Shown piece after piece: positions 59,953-64,000 of a DNA stretch of 64,000 nucleotides. The position numbers and the translations under genes were made by a program. Position 1 is the first letter of the stretch; every line of letters starts with the position of its first letter. The stretch covers positions 160,001-224,000 of the forward strand of contig CAXXYE010000003.1 of NCBI GenBank assembly GCA_963674865.2, given 5' to 3'. This DNA comes from Candidatus Hydrogenedentota bacterium (GTDB lineage: Bacteria > Hydrogenedentota > Hydrogenedentia > Hydrogenedentales > SLHB01). The notes beneath the pieces were generated by a model, which saw only the letters and a program-made list of their open reading frames with translations, was not told the DNA's origin and searched no databases.

Positions 59953-61410
59953 ATGATGAGGTCATCCGGAATCAGATGGGTACTGGCCTTTTCCCTGTGC
60001 TGTTGCTGGGCTGCCGCGCAGCGCGAGCTGCCCATCCGTCCGGGCGACTTCCTTTTTGTTGATGTCTATCGCTTCCCCCAACTGTCCACGACAGCGCAGG
60101 TTGACGCCACGGGCGCCATTGAAATCCCCCATGTCGGCAAGGTCGCCGTGTCGGGGATGACGGAGGACCAGGCGACCCTGCAAGTTGTTCAGGAGCTCCG
60201 GCGGATCCTCAAGCGCGACCCGCGGGTCACGGTGTCGCGCAGCGTGTTGGGGACCTCTATTCGGGAACCTGCCCGCACGCCCGAGATGAAGACCGAGGTT
60301 ATTCCTCTCGACAATTCCAACGCCGAGGCGCTTTGGACGGCCCTCCAGGGGATGAGCTCTGAGGGCGGTGCTCTCGGATATGATCGTCAGACGAACACGC
60401 TTATCGTCACGGATACGGCCAGCACCATCCAGAACATGCAGGCCGTGATAGCCCGTCTTGATCAGATGCCGACCCAGCGCGTTCAAGTGCGCATTGAGGC
60501 CAAGATCGCCGAGGTCCAGGTGGGTGCACTGAAGGAACTGGGCCTGCGATGGTTTGTGCAAGGTGAGGAGGGTATGGGGGGGTACTACCCCTCCACACGG
60601 CAGGATGTGGATCTCACCGCCATGCAAGGCGGCACGGGCGCTCTGGCCAACGAACAGGTTGAGGGCGTCCAGTCCAGTCTGCAACAGAGCGCCTCCGGCC
60701 GCCGCTATGTGGATGAGCCGAATTTCACCCGCCGCCTGAACGTGCCGGTACACATTCCTACGCCGGGGCAGCTCTTCTTCGGATTCTTCGATGGCCACGT
60801 CGATATCGGGACGCTCCTCAACGCGTTGGTTGCCAATGATCGCGGCGAGATGCTGGCTGAACCTTGGACGTTTACCGTCAATCACGAGCGGGCGCAGATC
60901 AAGATGACGGATGAGTTCCCTTACACGGAGTACGGCACGGAACTCACCGGGGCCACGAATTACTCTACCAAGTTCATGGACCTGGGGATTATTCTCGACG
61001 TCACGCCGCACGTCTATCGGGATGCGACGGGGCCGTATGTTGAGCTGGAACTCGCACCGGAGGTCTCGTATGCCCTTGGTACGAGCAACGGCATCCCCGT
61101 CCGTTCGGTGCGTAGTTCCAAAACCGTTGCCCAGGTGCGCGATGGGCAAACGCTGGTTATCGGCGGCATCTCGCAGAATGACAACCGTGATATCGAACAG
61201 CGGGTTCCCGTGCTCGCCAAGGTGCCCCTCCTGGGGAATCTATTCAAACACACCGAGAAGAAGCGAAGTCAAACGGAATTGATGGTGTTTGTGACTCCGA
61301 CTATCTATGAGCGCCCGGAGGACATCACGTGGGATCGGATGATCAATGTATCGAGTAGCGCGCCGATAGCCCCCCTGCTTGAAACGATCAAAGAGTCCCG
61401 AAAGGATTGA
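59953..61410 (+). CDS. Fusion of polysaccharide-export (Wza/OPX Poly_export) domain, secretin N3 domain and secretin core
   Basis: IRPGDFLFVDV..VDATGAIEIPHVGKVAVSGMT..DPRVTV; TEVIPLDNSNA..DRQTNTLIV..ARLD; QVRIEAKIAEV..DGQTLVIGG..VPVLAKVPLLGNLF..ELMVFVTPTI. Confidence 0.88.
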   Translation: MMRSSGIRWVLAFSLCCCWAAAQRELPIRPGDFLFVDVYRFPQLSTTAQVDATGAIEIPHVGKVAVSGMTEDQATLQVVQELRRILKRDPRVTVSRSVLGTSIREPARTPEMKTEVIPLDNSNAEALWTALQGMSSEGGALGYDRQTNTLIVTDTASTIQNMQAVIARLDQMPTQRVQVRIEAKIAEVQVGALKELGLRWFVQGEEGMGGYYPSTRQDVDLTAMQGGTGALANEQVEGVQSSLQQSASGRRYVDEPNFTRRLNVPVHIPTPGQLFFGFFDGHVDIGTLLNALVANDRGEMLAEPWTFTVNHERAQIKMTDEFPYTEYGTELTGATNYSTKFMDLGIILDVTPHVYRDATGPYVELELAPEVSYALGTSNGIPVRSVRSSKTVAQVRDGQTLVIGGISQNDNRDIEQRVPVLAKVPLLGNLFKHTEKKRSQTELMVFVTPTIYERPEDITWDRMINVSSSAPIAPLLETIKESRKD

Positions 61411-61416
61411 GCGCCT

Positions 61417-63660
61417 ATGGCGTCGGATCCATCTCTAGAGAGGGCGGCCAAGCAGGATCAGGCAAACCAACTGCAGTTTGTTGTTGCTGTTTCCCTGCGC
61501 TGGTGGCTGATGATCGTTGTTTCCACGTGCCTATGCAGCATCGGACTGGGCGTGTGGGGGCTCTTCCATCAGCAGAGTTCCGCCGTCTATGAGGCCCAGA
61601 CAGATCTAGCCATCAAGCAGAGCGCTTGGGAAAAGGGCCTTCTTCAGCGCGTCGGCGGCGTACCTCTGGTTCCTACACAGCCCAAGGAAGTCATGAACCG
61701 CGTTCTGCCCGGACTGGCCGAGGAGGTCGCCCGGGTCCTTGTGCAGCACGACGTTACTAACGGAGGAGCTTGGGGAGACGTCAGCACCGAGGATGAGTAC
61801 CAGGCGGGGGCCGTAGCCGTCAGAAGCGCCCTTGAAGTGTCGGATGTTCCCGAGGCCGGCATTATCCGGATACGCGTCGACGGAAGCACGGAAGAGGAAG
61901 CCCGCCGTATCGCCGAATACACGGCGCGTGTCTTTGTAGACCGCGCGCGCCGCCTCCAGCTTCAGGAAGAGCAAGAAACCTACGAGCTTGTGAAGCAGCA
62001 AGTCGAGGATGTGCGCGCACGGCTTACGGAAGCCGAGCAGGCGGAATGGGCCTTCCAGAAGCAGATAGGCTTTCGGACGAAGGGCCAATTGGCCGATGAC
62101 ATGACCTCGATGAAGAGCGACCTGGTCGAGGCCAAGGCCGCCCAGGAACAGATCCTGGCCGAGATGAACGAGATTGAGGAGAAGCTGCGCCTTAATAACG
62201 CGAGACTGCCCCAGGTCCTCGGACAGGTATCCAATTCCGTTGTCGACAAGCTCTTCGATGAGCTTGATGAGTTGCTCCAACAGGAGGTGGCCCTACGGAT
62301 CGATTTCACGCCCGAGTATGAAGGCTTGCAGTTGCTTCGGGAAGAGATCGCGGCAAAGGAACAGGCCATTCTCGAGGCATTGCGGGAAATGGACGCCGGC
62401 GCAGGCGGCGGCACAAGCGTCTGGCAGGAGCAGCAGGATCTCCGAACGCAGTACATGCACCTGCAGTTGGAGCTTACGAAGGTCCAGATCACGGAGCGAA
62501 CACTCGAGGCCCGGCTCAGGGACCTCGTCGAGAATCTACCGGAGCTGGCCAACCAGGATTTCGCCTACCGCCAACTTACGGAGCGCACCGACCAGCTTCG
62601 AGGTCAGTTTAACAAGTTGATTGAGACGGAGTTCGAGATCAGCAGTTCCATTGACCGCAATTTCGGACAGGTTGTTAGGCAGAATCCCGTTACCGCGTCG
62701 GTCCTCGCGCCGCCCGGGGGAACGCTCAAGCTCTTCTCGCACTTCATCGTCGGAGGCTTGGTGGGCTTGCTGATCGGTTTTGGCCTGGCCATCATGCTCG
62801 ATGCCATGGACACCTCGATTCGCACTATCGACGAGGTTAAGCAATACATCGGCCTGGAAGTTATCGGTACTATTCCCCAGATGCGGTTCGGCAAGGGCAA
62901 GAACCCCCGTCGGCGGCGTGGCACGCTTGTCGCCGCGACGGATGAGTCCGAGATCGACGCCTGCATTGTGACGCAGTACGATCCCAAGTCGCCCATCAGC
63001 GAGTCATACCGTGCTTTGCGCACGAACTTTCAGTTCGCCACCATCAGGAAGAAGCCCAAGACGATCATGGTTACGAGCGCCGTTCCCGGCGAAGGGAAGA
63101 CCACCACCGCCGTCAACATGGCGGTAACCATGGCGGACAGCGGCATGCGTGTCCTGATCATCGATACCGACCTGCGCCGTCCCAATGTCCACCGGGTCCT
63201 CAAGATGGAGCGTGGCCCCGGCTTGGCCGATGTGCTTCGTTCCGGCCTCGGCTTCCGCACCGTCATGCGGCCCACTCGCGTCGAGAACATGTGGATCATC
63301 TCGAGCGGGCGCGTCCCGCCGAATCCCTCGGAATTGATCGGCTCGGAGCGGATGCGGGAATTCATGCGCGAGGTAGGCGAGGAATTCGATGTGGTGGTGT
63401 GCGATGCTCCGTCGATATTGGTGGTAACCGACCCGGTTCTCCTGGGAACGCGGGTCGACACGGTCGTGCTTGTGGTGGCGGTCAATCGCGCCCGCCGAGA
63501 GACCATCCTGCGGGCAAGAAAGCTCCTCGACGCGGGGCAATCGGGCATTGCGGGCGTGGTATTGAATGGTATCGAGGCCACCCGTCGCCACTATTATTAT
63601 TACTATTATTATTACGATGACGCTGCCCGGGGGCGACAGCGGCGTTGGTACCACCTGTGA
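61417..63660 (+). CDS. wzc: Polysaccharide co-polymerase / tyrosine autokinase (Wzc-type)
   Basis: Two TMs flanking a coiled coil; ESYRALRTN; Walker A SAVPGEGKT; IDTDLRRP; VVCDAP; C-terminal Y8 cluster. Confidence 0.93.
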   Translation: MASDPSLERAAKQDQANQLQFVVAVSLRWWLMIVVSTCLCSIGLGVWGLFHQQSSAVYEAQTDLAIKQSAWEKGLLQRVGGVPLVPTQPKEVMNRVLPGLAEEVARVLVQHDVTNGGAWGDVSTEDEYQAGAVAVRSALEVSDVPEAGIIRIRVDGSTEEEARRIAEYTARVFVDRARRLQLQEEQETYELVKQQVEDVRARLTEAEQAEWAFQKQIGFRTKGQLADDMTSMKSDLVEAKAAQEQILAEMNEIEEKLRLNNARLPQVLGQVSNSVVDKLFDELDELLQQEVALRIDFTPEYEGLQLLREEIAAKEQAILEALREMDAGAGGGTSVWQEQQDLRTQYMHLQLELTKVQITERTLEARLRDLVENLPELANQDFAYRQLTERTDQLRGQFNKLIETEFEISSSIDRNFGQVVRQNPVTASVLAPPGGTLKLFSHFIVGGLVGLLIGFGLAIMLDAMDTSIRTIDEVKQYIGLEVIGTIPQMRFGKGKNPRRRRGTLVAATDESEIDACIVTQYDPKSPISESYRALRTNFQFATIRKKPKTIMVTSAVPGEGKTTTAVNMAVTMADSGMRVLIIDTDLRRPNVHRVLKMERGPGLADVLRSGLGFRTVMRPTRVENMWIISSGRVPPNPSELIGSERMREFMREVGEEFDVVVCDAPSILVVTDPVLLGTRVDTVVLVVAVNRARRETILRARKLLDAGQSGIAGVVLNGIEATRRHYYYYYYYYDDAARGRQRRWYHL

Positions 63661-63770
63661 CGCGTGGGCGCGTGCCGGGGCGGCGGTTTGCCTGGGCGTG
63701 TGACGCGGATCGTGCCGCGGTGTGTCGAGTCCGCCTAGTCTCGTTGCGGCGCAGGGAAGGTTGATGCCTC

Positions 63771-64000
63771 ATGGCGCTATTCCGTTCTGAGCGCGGCATC
63801 GGACGAGGCGAGGTCGCCGAGAGCCGCATCGAGGTGCCATTCTTCGCGGCCTTCATGGCCTTCTGCGCCGTCGCGGTGCTTGTCTTTCACATCTATGTGC
63901 AAGATCCCAACCTCACCGTGGCGCTCGCCGTGAGCATTATTGTCTTCGGCCTCACCATCCTCCGCGTCGATCTGGGCGTGTACGTGCTTGTTATTGCCAT
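63771..64000 (+). CDS. Polytopic membrane protein, 5' part only (possible Wzy polymerase / O-antigen ligase family)
   Basis: Not in the ORF track. Manual translation MALFRSERGIG..PFFAAFMAFCAVAVLVFHIYVQDPNLTVALAVSIIVFGLTILRVDLGVYVLVIA, open to the window end; follows wzc. Confidence 0.6.
   Translation, partial: MALFRSERGIGRGEVAESRIEVPFFAAFMAFCAVAVLVFHIYVQDPNLTVALAVSIIVFGLTILRVDLGVYVLVIA

Noticed and set aside
59962..61149. 395-aa minus-strand ORF
   Set aside because: Antisense shadow of the OPX-secretin gene.
56963..61410. Type II secretion or type IV pilus operon
   Set aside because: No GspE/PilB, GspF/PilC, GspL/M or pseudopilin genes; the context is wzc and a Poly_export domain.

Overview
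GC-rich bacterial chromosomal segment from a diderm organism with flagella and type IV pili. The gene content resembles Ca. Hydrogenedentota or PVC-like metagenome bins; this is an inference and is unverified. Housekeeping genes (ispE partial, tgt-yajC-secDF, pruA, gpmI, apt, araB-like ribulokinase, pncA/pncB) are mixed with many glycosylation and carbohydrate genes, an orphan flgK and a lone sigma-54-driven pilin. The standout is the operon at the right end (about 56.9-64 kb). It encodes an ExeA-like AAA ATPase, a bitopic TPR protein, a single ORF fusing a Wza/OPX Poly_export domain to a secretin (N3 domain plus beta-barrel core), a Wzc tyrosine autokinase and a truncated Wzy/ligase-like membrane protein. 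It is transcribed divergently from an FHA-GAF-HD-GYP phosphodiesterase. This looks like a Wzy-dependent polysaccharide export machine that uses a secretin as its outer-membrane channel. Other observations: a candidate ~160-nt sRNA or leader bounded by a promoter and terminator upstream of flgK; abutting sigma-28 and sigma-54 promoters for flgK; a nucleotidyltransferase-GHMP kinase fusion interrupted by a 1004-nt poly-G tract (probable sequencing artefact); and a frameshifted M29 aminopeptidase. No rRNA, tRNA, CRISPR array or transposase was recognised. All domain calls are by-eye motif recognition; no database searches were run.
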